A model generated the notes under the pieces. The model was not told where the DNA came from. It worked only from the letters and a program-made list of their open reading frames with translations, and did not search any database. From contig CAVRSB010000020.1 in NCBI GenBank assembly GCA_963723785.1, forward strand, positions 25,543 through 89,542: DNA of 64,000 bases. The letters run 5' to 3'. Positions 1 through 10,454 of this stretch are shown piece after piece. The stretch comes from an uncultured Actinomycetes bacterium (GTDB taxonomy: Bacteria; Actinomycetota; Thermoleophilia; Gaiellales; JAICJC01). The translations under genes and the position numbers were made by a program. The number at the start of each line of letters is the position of its first letter. The stretch's first letter is position 1.

Positions 1-294
1 GCGGCCGAGTCGCTGGCCGCCGAGTACGGCGTCGCCTACATCGGCGTCTCCGGCCGCACCCGCAGCCCTGGGCGGATGGTGGTGGACGCGGCCACCGAGC
101 ACAGCGCTGCGCTGATCGTGGTGGGCGCTCCGTCCAAACCGCGGCGAGGCCGCACCAAGCAGGAGGAGTTCTTCGGACGCACCGTCGACTTCATCCTGCG
201 CAAGGCGCCGTGCCGCGTGATCGTCACGCACTTCCCCGGCTCCGCCCTGGAGCCGACGGAGGAGGAGGCCGTGGCGGCTAGCGCTCCAGAATAG
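1..294 (+). CDS. Universal stress protein family (UspA-like), 3' part; 5' end outside window
   Basis: Frame 1 is open from base 1 to TAG 292-294. The sequence ..EHSAALIVVGAP..GRTVDFILRKAPCRVIV matches the USP C-terminal nucleotide-binding region. It overlaps the hom 3' end by 17 bp (convergent). Confidence 0.7.
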   Translation, partial: AAESLAAEYGVAYIGVSGRTRSPGRMVVDAATEHSAALIVVGAPSKPRRGRTKQEEFFGRTVDFILRKAPCRVIVTHFPGSALEPTEEEAVAASAPE

Positions 295-1550
295 GCAGGA
301 CGACCGGCGCAGAGCGGCTGAACGGGCGGCTTGCGACAGCCGCAGCCGCGGTGCGCACCGAGCCCTCGCGGGCTGCGTGGGTCAGGATCACGATGTGCAC
401 GCCCTGATCGGCTGAATGCTGCACCACCTGCGCCACCGACACGCCGTGGTCACCCAGAGACTGTGCCACCTGGGCGAGCACGCCCGGCTCGTCGTCGACC
501 TGGAAGCGCAGGTAGAACGGACTCTCCAGATCGGCGACCGGCAGCCGGTTCAGCTCTCGGTAGTAGCCGTCATGTTGCAGGAACCCGGTGCCGCGGGTAC
601 CGATCACCGCCAGCAGGTCGCCGATCACCGCGGTGGCGGTCTCCTCGCCGCCGGCTCCCGGGCCGATCAGGATCACCTCGCGGATCGACTCGCCCCGCAG
701 CATGATCGCGTTGAACGCGCCCTCGACCGCGGCCAGCGGGTGCTCCTTGGCGAGCAGGCAGGGATGGACGCGGGCCGACACGCGCGCGTCGACGCGAAGC
801 GCCGACGCAATCAGCTTGACCGAGTAGCCGAGGTCGGCGGCGTGGGCGACATCGGCCAGGTCGAGGCCGTCGATGCCGACGTAGTCGACCTCCTCCAGCC
901 GCACACGGTTGTGAAATGCGATCGAGGCAAGGATCGCGATCTTGGCGGCGGCGTCGCCGCCGGTGACATCCTCGGTGGGGTCAGCCTCGGCGTAGCCCAG
1001 CTCCTGGGCCTCGGCCAGCGCGTCGGCGTAGGACGACCCGGCGTGGATCATCTGGCTGAGGATGAAGTTGGTGGTGCCGTTGACGATGCCGTCGATGCGG
1101 TGCACTCCGCTGACGATCATCGATTCGCGCAGCACTCTGATCACCGGGATGGCGGCGCACACGCTGGCCTCGAAGCGCAGCTGCACGCCCTGCCGCTCGG
1201 CCTCGGTGAAGAGCTCCTCGCCGTGGCGCGACAGCAGCTGCTTGTTGGCCGACACGACCGACTTGCCGGCGCGTAGCAGTTCCAGCACGTAGCCGCGGGT
1301 GGGGTCGATTCCGCCCATCACCTCGGCCACCACGGTGATCGAGGGATCGTCCCGCAGGCGGGCGAAATCGGTGGTCAGAAGACCGGCCGGCGCCTCGGGA
1401 TGTCGCTGCGGGTCGCGCACCAGCGCAGCGGCCACCTCGACCGGGCTGCCGGTGACCCGTTCGATCGACGCGGCGCTCTCGCGCAGCAGCCGATCGACGG
1501 CGGAGCCGACGGTGCCAAAGCCCAAGCAGGCCTATGGTGATCGGTGGCAT
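278..1550 (-). CDS. hom: Homoserine dehydrogenase (frame change near the 5' end as assembled)
   Basis: ORF 278..1525 has the NAD-binding GFGTVG motif, the catalytic domain and a C-terminal ACT-like domain. The true N-terminus MPPITIGLLG (ATG 1550) is in the adjacent frame. One extra base in the C-run 1521-1523 (plus strand) separates the two frames. Confidence 0.88.
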
Positions 1551-1619
1551 GACTGCGCACGATAGAAGAACCGCCACCGAGCGCGCGCACGTGCTTGCGC
1601 GTCGCGATAGGCTCCAACT

Positions 1620-2042
1620 ATGAAGCTTTTGATTGTGGGATGCGGACGCGTGGGCTCTTCGATCGCCACCCAGATGGCTGCCGACGGGCATCAGGTGAGC
1701 GTTGTGGACGAGGATGCCGAGGCGGCACAGCGGCTTCCAGACTCATGGCCGGGCGAGTTCATTCACGGCCACGGCCTCGATCTGGACGTCCTGATCGCGG
1801 GCGGGATCGAGGATGCCGACGCGGTCGTCGTTGCCACCGACGGTGACAACACCAACATCGTGATCGCGCAGGTGGCTCAGCGGCGGTTCGACTGCCCCTG
1901 CGTCGTCACCCGCGTGCTCGACCCCGCTCGAGCGGCGTTCTACTCGACGCAGGGCCTGCGCACGGTTTGCGCCACCTCCGCGGCGATCGACTCGACCATG
2001 GACGCGATCTGCGCCACTCCTGGTCGTGGCGCCGTTGCGTAG
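1620..2042 (+). CDS. TrkA-N (RCK N-terminal, NAD-binding) domain protein
   Basis: The Rossmann motif MKLLIVGCGRVGSSIA is present. The product is 140 aa with no RCK-C domain. It is the first of two adjacent trkA-like genes. Confidence 0.8.
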   Translation: MKLLIVGCGRVGSSIATQMAADGHQVSVVDEDAEAAQRLPDSWPGEFIHGHGLDLDVLIAGGIEDADAVVVATDGDNTNIVIAQVAQRRFDCPCVVTRVLDPARAAFYSTQGLRTVCATSAAIDSTMDAICATPGRGAVA

Positions 2043-2059
2043 ATGGAGACGATGAGACC

Positions 2060-2724
2060 ATGTATATCCTGATCGTTGGTGGCGGCAAGGTGGGGACGAA
2101 CCTGACCGCGGCGCTCATGAAGATGGGCCACGAGGTGTCGCTGCTGGACCACGATCGCCACCGCTACGGCATTCTCGAAGAGAAGTTCGAGCACGTCGCG
2201 CGGTTCGGCGATGCCACCGAGCTGTACGTGCTGGAGCGGGCCGGGGTCGAGCGCGCCGACCTGGTCGTGGCCGTGACCGGCGACGACGAGGACAACCTGA
2301 TCGTGTGCCAGGTGGCCCGCGACAAGTATCACGTGCCGAAGGTGATCGCCCGGGTCAACGATCCTCGCAACCAGCCGCATTTCGACATGCTCGGGATCAG
2401 CACTGACGGTCTCGGCCACGGTCACGATCCTCGCGCTGATCGAGCACGAGCTGCCCCAGCACGAGCTGGTGACGCTGCTCGACCTGCGGCGCGAGAACCT
2501 CGAGATCGTCGAGTTCGCGATCGACGCCAACTCGCCGGTGGCCGGTCAGATGGTGCGCGATCTCAATCTGCCCAGCCGATCGCGGCTGATCTCGGTCAGC
2601 CGGGACGGACGGGCAGAGATCGCGGTGGGCGAGACCGAGCTCAAGCCGGGCGATCTGGTGATGGCGATTCTGGAGCCCGGCGTCGAGGATGAGCTCAAGA
2701 TCCGTGCTCATGCCGGCCGGGTAG
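2060..2724 (+). CDS. trkA: Potassium transporter peripheral subunit TrkA (RCK-N + RCK-C); frame change as assembled, 3' end uncertain
   Basis: ATG 2060 gives MYILIVGGGKVGTNL (GxGxxG). The RCK-C part (..LEIVEFAIDANSPVAGQMVRDLNLP..GDLVMAILEP) continues in the +1 frame after GG 2408-2409. There is no in-frame stop before thrC. TAG 2722-2724 is in the next frame, so a second run error is presumed. Confidence 0.72.
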
Positions 2725-2730
2725 TCGCTC

Positions 2731-3775
2731 GTGGCCGGATTGATCGATCGCTATCGCGACCGGCTTCCGGTCTCGGACAGCACCCCGGTGGTCTCGCTGG
2801 GAGAGGGCAACACGCCGCTGCTGCCGGCGCCCACGGATCTCGGCGTTGCTGGGAGTTGAGGTCTACCTCAAGTACGAGGGTGCGAATCCCACCGGGTCGT
2901 TCAAGGATCGCGGGATGACCATGGCCGTCTCAAAGGCGCTCGAGGAGGGTGCCACAGCTGCCGTGTGTGCCTCCACGGGCAACACCTCGGCGTCGGCTGC
3001 GGCCTACTGCGGTCGGGCCGGGATCCGCCTGGTGGTGGTGCTTCCCGAGGGCGCAATCGCCCGGGGAAAGCTCGCCCAGGCACAGATCTGCGGTGCCCGG
3101 GTGGTCGCCATCCAGGGCAGCTTCGACGACGCGCTGCATCTGGTGCGAGACCTGGTGGAGCGACGACCGCTGGCCCTGCTCAACTCGATCAACCCCTACC
3201 GCTTGGAGGGTCAGAAGACGGCGGCCTTCGAGGTGGTCGAGCAGCTCGGCGGAGTGCCCGACTGGGTGGCGCTGCCGGTCGGAAACGGCGGCAACATCTC
3301 CGCCTACTGGAAGGGATTTGGCGAGAGCGGCCAGGCGCCGCGGATGTTGGCCGGGCAGGCCGCCGGAGCGGCGCCGCTGCTGATCCGCGCGCCGGTGGCC
3401 TCGCCCCAGACGGTCGCAACCGCGATCAGGATCGGCAACCCGGCCCGGCTTGATCAGGCGCTGGCGGCGGTGGACGAGTCAAACGGCGGGATCCGCGCAA
3501 TCGACGACGCCGACATCCTGCGGGCCTACCGGATGCTGGCCCAGGACGAGGGAGTGTTCTGCGAACCGGCGTCGGCGACGTCGGTGGCGGCGTTGATCCA
3601 CGCGGTCAGCGACGGTCTGGTGGCGGCCGGCTCGACCGTGGTGTGCGTGCTGACCGGCCACGGCCTGAAGGATCCCGACACGGCCGGCGCCGAGGGTGCT
3701 GAGATCGTTCGCTGCCCGCCGCGGATCGAGGAACTCGAGCAGGTGGCTTTCGACGTGGAGCCGGTGCTTGCCTGA
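2731..3775 (+). CDS. thrC: Threonine synthase (frame change near the 5' end as assembled)
   Basis: The PLP-lysine motif [17 protein letters not shown] and full-length similarity in ORF 2846..3775 support the call. The N-terminus [33 protein letters not shown] (GTG 2731) is in the previous frame. The break is an extra C in run 2830-2832. Confidence 0.9.
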
Positions 3776-4650
3776 GCGGCTGATCGTCACCGCGCCGGCG
3801 TCATCGGCCAACCTGGGGCCGGGGTTCGATTGCCTGGCGGTGGCGCTGGAGCTGCGCAACAGGGTCGAAATCCGCGTCGTCGGTGGTGACGGACGTGCGG
3901 GTCGTGGCCGAGGGGGAAGGGGCCACCGAGATGCCCCAGGGCGGCGCCGACAACCTGTTCGTGCGGGCGTTCTCGGCTGCGGGCGGCGATCCCAGGGGAC
4001 TCGAGTTTCACATGACCAACGCGGTGCCGTTCGCCCGCGGGCTCGGGTCTAGCGCTGCCACGATCGCCGCCGGGGTGCTGGCCGGACAGGCCTGGAGCGG
4101 TGACAGCGGCGACCCGTTCACGCTGGCCGTCGACATCGAGGGGCATCCCGACAACGTGGCAGCTGCGCTCTCCGGCGGGATCATGCTCTCATGGAAGACC
4201 GCCCGCGGCCCGCAGAGCCTCCGGTTAGGACCTGCGCCGGTCGAGTTCGTGGCGGTGATCCCGCCGTACCAGCTGTCAACCGAGCAGGCGCGGGCGGTGA
4301 TCCCGCCGCAGGTGCCATTGTTCGACGCCGTGTACACCGGCGCGCGGGCGGCGCTGCTGGTGGCGGCCATCGAGCAGCGGCGGCCGGAGCTGATCGTGGA
4401 CGCCCTGGATGATCGCCTGCACGAGCCGTACCGAGCGGCGCTGGTGCCGCTGCTGGCCACGGTACGCGCGCGGATCGCCAGTCTCCCCGCCCTCGGGGCG
4501 ACGCTCTCGGGCGCCGGCCCCACGGTGTTGGTGTGGGCCGAGCAGGGGTCGGGAGCGGTGGTGGCTGCTGGCCTCGAAGGCCTCGACGGCGCCGTGGTGA
4601 AGCCGCTCTCGGTCGCCGATTCGGGCGCGCGCATCGAAGCTCTCGTGTAA
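3768..4650 (+). CDS. thrB: Homoserine kinase (frame change as assembled)
   Basis: GHMP-kinase motifs are present: [23 protein letters not shown] and [16 protein letters not shown]. The N-terminal 38 codons are in the frame of ORF 3696..4052. The switch occurs around 3882-3886. The start TTG 3768 overlaps the thrC stop. Confidence 0.88.
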
Positions 4651-4777
4651 CCACGGCTGTGACGGAGTTGGTGCGAAGCCGGGGCTGATCCTGTGTGGTT
4701 TCGCGCGGGCGATCGGCCGCAGGATGGAGCGACTGTATCCCGGCACATCTCTGTGCCCTCTCCGAAAGGATCGATGG

Positions 4778-6479
4778 GTGAACCGCTTCCTGCGTTTGCT
4801 CTTGCCATCTGTCTGCGCCGCAGCCACCCTCGGGCTGATTGCCCCGGGCGTCGCCACGGCCGGCACCTACACCGTCACCACCAACACCGCCAACGACGTC
4901 AGCGGCTGGGAGTTCACGCACGCCTCGGGGTTCGTGGGTTGCTCGCGGCTCAGCTACCCGGCCGTGTGTGCCGCCAACGACGTCGCCCGGCCGACGCCGC
5001 TTCGCATCTTCGGCTCCGGCGATGCGATCGCAACCGGCGTTGGCCTGTGGACGTGGTATGCCCCGCTTACCACCACCATCGTCAAGGGGTCTGTGAGCGT
5101 CGCCTACAAGACCACCGCTCCCGGAACCAGCGTCTACCTCAAGGCCCGCACCCGATCGGAGTCGTTCGAGAGCGTGGACAAGCTCGACCAGACCACCGGC
5201 GACGGGTCCAATACCTGGGCGATTCCGGCCAACCGGCAGGTGATCGGGTTGGCGCTTCGATCAGACGTCAAGCACACCTACGGTGACAAGTGGGCCAACA
5301 CCCTTCGCATCAGCACGCTCACCGTCACGCTGTCGGATACCACCGCGCCGACCGTTTCCGTTACCGGCCCACTGACCCTGGGAAAATGGCTCAACCAGGC
5401 CCAGAAGGTGTGCCTGACCGCGACTGCCGATGACGCCGGCGCGGGCGTCGCCTCGATCGAGCTCGACGACCAGAGCGGTCGCGCGCTCGATTCCTACAAC
5501 GTGCCGGTGCAGAGTGCCACCCAGCCCGGCATGCCGTCCCTCAAGCACGACCTGTGCGTGGTGCCGTCCACCCTCGGCGACGGCGTCCACCAGCTCAAGG
5601 TGGTAGCGCGCGACGCAGCCTCCGAGACGGCGACCCAATCGCTGGCGGTGGACGTCGACACCGACGCGCCGACGGCCAAGGATGAGGTCCCGACCGATCG
5701 CACCATCGATCGCCGCGCACCGGTGTCCTTCTCGGTCGATCCGGGAGCCAGCGGACTCTCACAGTTCACCGCCTCGCTTGACGGCGTGGCAATGGCGATC
5801 TCGGGAGCGCGCGCCTCGCTACAGCCGACTGCAGACTTCACATTGGGCGTTCACACCGTGCAGTGGTCTGCCACCGATGGTGCAGGGAACGTCGGCCGTG
5901 GGCAGTGGACGTTCACCGTGACCGACGCGCTTCCCACCAGCATCACCGTGTCAGGCGTGCACCGGATCATCCCCGGACGGTCGGCACGGCTCACGTTTCG
6001 CGTGCTGGGCGACGCCAACGCTGTCGCAGGAGCTCGCGTGCTGCTGCAGACGAGGATCGGCTCCCATGCCTACGGCGTTGGGCGCACGCTGACGGCGTCG
6101 GCGACCGGAACCGTGATCGTCACCGTCCGCCCCAGGCAGACGACCACGTATCGGCTATCACTGGTGTCAGCGCCGGCGGTCGCGGCTGCACGCACGGTGG
6201 TCGTGGCCCAGCGCCTTCGGCTTGCCGCCGGCGCTCTCCGCGTCCGCGTCGGACACCTGATTCGACTGACCCCGTGGGTGGCGTCACACCAGGGCCATTT
6301 CCGCGTGCGGGTGGAACTGCACACACGCAATGGATGGCGGTTGGTCGGTCGGCCGCGGATCAACACGACCTTCAAGGTGCAGGCCGCTGGCCCGTGGGCG
6401 GTACCTCTTCCGGGCGGTCGCGCCGGCAGGATCGGCGACCACCCGCATCACCCGCGTGGTCGCGATTCGGGTCAGCTGA
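4778..6479 (+). CDS. Secreted protein with repeated Ig-like / HYR-like domains, function unknown
   Basis: GTG 4778 is preceded by GAAAGGA. The signal peptide is VNRFLRLLLPSVCAAATLGLIAPGVATA. An HYR-like segment GVHTVQWSATDGAGNVG is present. The last ~30 aa (..GRYLFRAVAPAGSATTRITRVVAIRVS) and TGA 6477-6479 are in the +1 frame after ~6385. Confidence 0.6.
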
Positions 6480-6481
6480 CC

Positions 6482-6531
6482 GCCGGCGCTGTTCGGGGAC
6501 GCCGTGCCGGGCGTCCCCGAACAGCGCCGGC
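6482..6531 (+). terminator. Perfect 22-bp stem / 6-nt loop hairpin, likely intrinsic terminator without a U-tract
   Basis: Positions 6482-6503 (GCCGGCGCTGTTCGGGGACGCC) are the exact reverse complement of 6510-6531. The hairpin starts 3 nt after the stop of the secreted-protein gene and ends 15 nt before the pcrA start. Confidence 0.6.
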
Positions 6532-6545
6532 ACTACACTGCCATC

Positions 6546-8749
6546 GTGAGCCGGCCCGACACCGCCGGGCTGTCGCTTGACGGCCTCAATCCAGAGCAGC
6601 GCGAGGCTGTTCTGCACACCGACGGGCCGCTTCTGATCATCGCCGGCGCGGGGTCAGGCAAGACCCGCGTGCTGACCCACCGGGTCGCGTATCTGATCGA
6701 TCAGCAGCTGGCCGACTCCACACAGATTCTCGCGATCACGTTCACCAATCGAGCCGCCTCCGAGATGAAGGAGCGGGTCCAGCACCTGGTCGGCGGGCAC
6801 ATCGCCGCCCGCATGTGGGTGATGACCTTTCACTCGGCCTGCGGCCGGATGCTGCGCGCCGACGCCGCTCGGCTTGGGCTACCGCTCCACCTTCACGATC
6901 TACGACGGCCCCGACCAGATCCGGCTGGTCAAGAACTGCATCGAGGAGCTCGAGCTCGATCCCAAGCGGTTTGCCCCGCGGGCGGTGCACGGAGCGATCT
7001 CAAAGGCCAAGGATCAGCTGATGACAGCGGCCGCCTACGGCGACCAGATCGGGTCGTTCTTCGAGCAGACGGTGGCCAACGTCTACGAGCTGTATGAGCG
7101 GCGCCTGTACGAGGCAAACGCCATGGATTTCGACGACCTGATCATGAAGACGGTGATGCTCCTCGAGAGCGTGCCGGAGTCGCGCGAGAAGTGGCAGAAG
7201 GCCTTCCACTACGTGATGGTGGACGAGTATCAGGACACCAACCACGCGCAGTTCAAGCTGGTCTCGATCCTCGCCGCCGAGCACGGCAATATCGCTGTTG
7301 TGGGCGACCAGGATCAGTCGATCTACGCGTTCCGCGGCGCGGACATCCGCAACATCGCCGAGTTCGAGCACGACTTCCCCAACGCCCGCGTGATCGCGCT
7401 GGAACAGAACTATCGCTCGACCCAGACGATCCTGGATGCTGCCAATGCCGTGATCGCCCACAACTCGCAGCGCCAGCCCAAGCGGCTGTGGTCAGATCTG
7501 GGCGAGGGCGACGCGGTGCAGGTGGTGGAGGCCGAGGACGAGCACGCCGAGGCACGCTACGTGGCGTCCGAAATCGGACGGCTGATGGAGCAGGGCTCGA
7601 GCGCATCCGACATCGCCGTGTTCTACCGGATGAATGCGCAGTCGCGGGTGCTGGAGGATCTGCTGGTGCGCCAGTCGGTCGACTACCGCGTGATCGGCGG
7701 CCCCCGCTTCTACGAGCGGGCAGAGATCAAGGACGCGATCGCCTACCTGCAGCTGCTGGAGAACCCCGCTGACGAGGTATCGCTGCGGCGGATCGTGAAC
7801 CAGCCGCGCCGGGGAATCGGGTCCACCTCACTGGATCGCCTGTCGAACCACGCCCGGATGATGGGAGTGACGCTGTGGGAGGCGATCGAGCGAGTGGAGG
7901 ACGGGCCGCTGGGCGCCGCGGCGACCACCCGCATCGCCGAGTTTCGGGCGCTGATTCAGGAGCTCCAGATCGCCTCCACCGAGCTGGGCGTGTCTGCGCT
8001 TTTGGAGAAGGCACTGGCGGAGAGCGGGTATATGGAGATGCTGGAGGCCGATCGCACGATCGAGGCCCAGGGACGTATGGAAAACCTGCAGGAGCTGGTC
8101 GGCGTCGCCCAGGAATACGAGGAGCGTGGGGAGGAGGAGAGCTCGCTGGCGACGTTCCTGCAGGAGATCTCGCTGGTATCCGATCAGGATGCGCTGCAGG
8201 AGGAGCGAAGCGCAGTCACGCTGATGACTCTGCACAACGCCAAGGGCCTGGAATTCCCGATCGTCTTCATGATCGGGCTGGAGGAGGGGCTGTTCCCCCA
8301 TCAGCGATCACTCGAGGAGCGAAATGAAGAGGAGGAGCGGCGGTTGTGTTACGTCGGCATGACCCGAGCCCGCGAACGGCTGACGCTCACCTACGCCCGC
8401 GGCCGCACCATCTTCGGCGCGCGCTCCTACAACCTGCCGTCCCGGTTTCTCAACGAGTTGCCGAGCGACCGGGTCGAGTGGCACCGCCAGGCGCAGGCGA
8501 GCTGGTCGTCGCCGCGCGCTCCAGCGGCGGATCCGGATCGTCTACGGGTCGCGCAGCGTGACCCGGTCGACCTCCGGCCCCGACCGGCCGGTGCCTGCGC
8601 TGGCGGTCGGTGACGAAGTGCGCCACGAGACGCTCGGAGAAGGCATCGTGACCGGGATCGATCGCGACGGCGTGGTGGTGGTGCGCTTCCGGGACGATCG
8701 CTCCGAGCGCCGGCTGATGCTCGGATACGCGCCGCTCGTAAAGATCTGA
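6546..8749 (+). CDS. pcrA: ATP-dependent DNA helicase PcrA/UvrD family (two frame changes as assembled)
   Basis: SF1 helicase motifs are present: [32 protein letters not shown] and VGMTRA. There is a C-terminal Tudor-like tail (8558..8749). The frames join at GGG 6876-6878 and at ~8550. The start is GTG 6546. Confidence 0.9.
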
Positions 8750-8758
8750 CGTCGCTGC

Positions 8759-10231
8759 TCAGGCTTTGGCGTCGGCTGCGAGCTGGATCGCGGTGCGCAC
8801 CTCGTGCAGCCGGTCACGTTCCACCAGGAGGTAGAGGACGTCGTCCGGCTGGATAGTGCTGCTGCCGCGGGGGAGCAGCAGCTCGTGGTCGCGTTCGATC
8901 GCGACCACCACCGCAGCTGCCGGAAGGTTGAGCTCTGCCAGGGTGCTTTCCGGCGGGATGCCGAGATCGCCCGGGTGTACCTCGAGCAGATCGGCCCCCA
9001 ACGACTCCAATGTGGCGGTGTCGAGTTCGGCCAGTCGCGGGGCTGGACGCCGGTCGACCACATCCAGACGCCTGGCCGCCCATCGCACCGTGACTCCCTG
9101 GAGCACGACCGAGACCACCACGACGTAGAACACCACGTCGAAGATCCGCTCTCCGCCCGACAGGCCGGCCGCGATCGGGAAGGTGGCAAACACGATGGGG
9201 ACGCCGCCGCGCAGTCCCGCCCACGCCAGGAACGCCTGATCGCGCAGCCGCACACCGAAGGCCGCCGTGCATACCAGCACCGCCAGCGGCCGCGCCACCA
9301 GCACCAGTGCGAGGGCGACCGTGAGCGGCGCGAGTCCCTCGTGGGCCAGGTCGTGGGGGGTGACCAGCAGGCCCAGCAGCACGAACAGCCCCAGCTGTGC
9401 GAGCCAAGCGCCGCCTTGGAGAAAGCCTCTGATCACGGCCGAGTGGGGGATCCGGGCATCGCCGATCACGAGCCCTGCCAGGTAGGCGGCCAGCAGCCCT
9501 GAACCGCCCAGCACCGAGACGCCCACATACCCAGCCAGCGCCGCCGACAGCGTGACCACAGGTGCGATTCCGGCTGAGGGCAGCGGCAGTTTTCGCAGCA
9601 GCCAGACGGTTGCGTAGCCGATGGCGACGCCGCCGACGGCGCCGATGGAAACCTCGCGCACCAACAGGATCAGCGCGTCGCCGGCGTCGTAGCCGGGGAC
9701 AGTCTTCCAATCGACCAGTCCGATCACAAGCAGCGCCGCAAACGGGTCGTTGAGTCCGCTCTCGGCCTCCAGGATCGCCGCCAGCCGCCTGCGAATGTTG
9801 AGCCCGCGGATGGCCGAGAACACCGCGGCCGCGTCGGTGGAGGCGACGGTGGCGCCCACCAGCAGGCTGCTGACCCAGCCCACTCCGGCCACCATTCGCG
9901 TCACCACTCCGGTAACCCCGGCAGTGATCACCACGCCCGCGGTTGCCAGTAGCGTCGCCGGCGCCGCGGCCCGCCGCACATCCGGCAGATCCGCCATTAG
10001 ACCGCCCTCGAGCAGGATCACCGCCAGCGCCAGCAGCCCCGCGTCCCTGGCCAGCACCGAGTCGTCGAATCTGATCCCGCCCGGTCCGTCCTCTCCCAGG
10101 AGCACGCCCAAACCCAGAAAGAGCAGCAGTGTCGGAGCACCCAGCTTGTCAACGAAGCTGGCCGCCACCGAGCCGACCAGCAGCACGATCACAGCAAGTA
10201 TGAGGGGCTCGGGGACGTGCACGCGGTTCAC
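8759..10231 (-). CDS. Cation/proton antiporter, CPA1 NhaP2/CvrA type, with C-terminal RCK-C (TrkA-C) domain
   Basis: This is an intact 490-aa ORF. It has a polytopic Na+/H+-exchanger-like membrane domain followed by a soluble RCK-C-like segment (..LNLPAAAVVVAIERDHELLLPRGSSTIQPDDVLYLLV). Confidence 0.85.
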   Translation of the reverse strand: MNRVHVPEPLILAVIVLLVGSVAASFVDKLGAPTLLLFLGLGVLLGEDGPGGIRFDDSVLARDAGLLALAVILLEGGLMADLPDVRRAAAPATLLATAGVVITAGVTGVVTRMVAGVGWVSSLLVGATVASTDAAAVFSAIRGLNIRRRLAAILEAESGLNDPFAALLVIGLVDWKTVPGYDAGDALILLVREVSIGAVGGVAIGYATVWLLRKLPLPSAGIAPVVTLSAALAGYVGVSVLGGSGLLAAYLAGLVIGDARIPHSAVIRGFLQGGAWLAQLGLFVLLGLLVTPHDLAHEGLAPLTVALALVLVARPLAVLVCTAAFGVRLRDQAFLAWAGLRGGVPIVFATFPIAAGLSGGERIFDVVFYVVVVSVVLQGVTVRWAARRLDVVDRRPAPRLAELDTATLESLGADLLEVHPGDLGIPPESTLAELNLPAAAVVVAIERDHELLLPRGSSTIQPDDVLYLLVERDRLHEVRTAIQLAADAKA

Positions 10232-10308
10232 CTCCTGCCGGGGAGTATGACGGGAGGGTTTTGCGGACAGCGGGCCGGGGAACTACGAGTCAGAGAAAGG
10301 ACGGTCTC

Positions 10309-10452
10309 GTGATACCACTTTTGCTTCTCATCATTCTGATTCTGGTGTTCGGCGTGATTGGTGCGCTCAAGCTTGCCTTCTGGGTGTTCCTGATCGCGTT
10401 GGTGGCGGCGGTAGCCGCCGCGTTCGTCGGTCGTACGCTGATCAGTCGGTGA
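10309..10452 (+). CDS. Small hydrophobic membrane protein (47 aa), hypothetical
   Basis: GTG 10309 lies 7 nt after AAAGGA. The product VIPLLLLIILILVFGVIGALKLAFWVFLIALVAAVAAAFVGRTLISR predicts two TM helices. No family is recognised. Confidence 0.4.
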   Translation: MIPLLLLIILILVFGVIGALKLAFWVFLIALVAAVAAAFVGRTLISR

Positions 10453-10454
10453 GC

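Noticed and set aside
6480-6580. C-terminal 35 aa of ORF 4724..6580 and its upstream start at 4724
   Set aside because: The tail runs through the 22-bp hairpin and into the pcrA start region with an Arg-rich composition. The +1 frame gives a natural beta-strand-like ending and a stop at 6479. GTG 4778, with an RBS and a signal peptide, is the better start.
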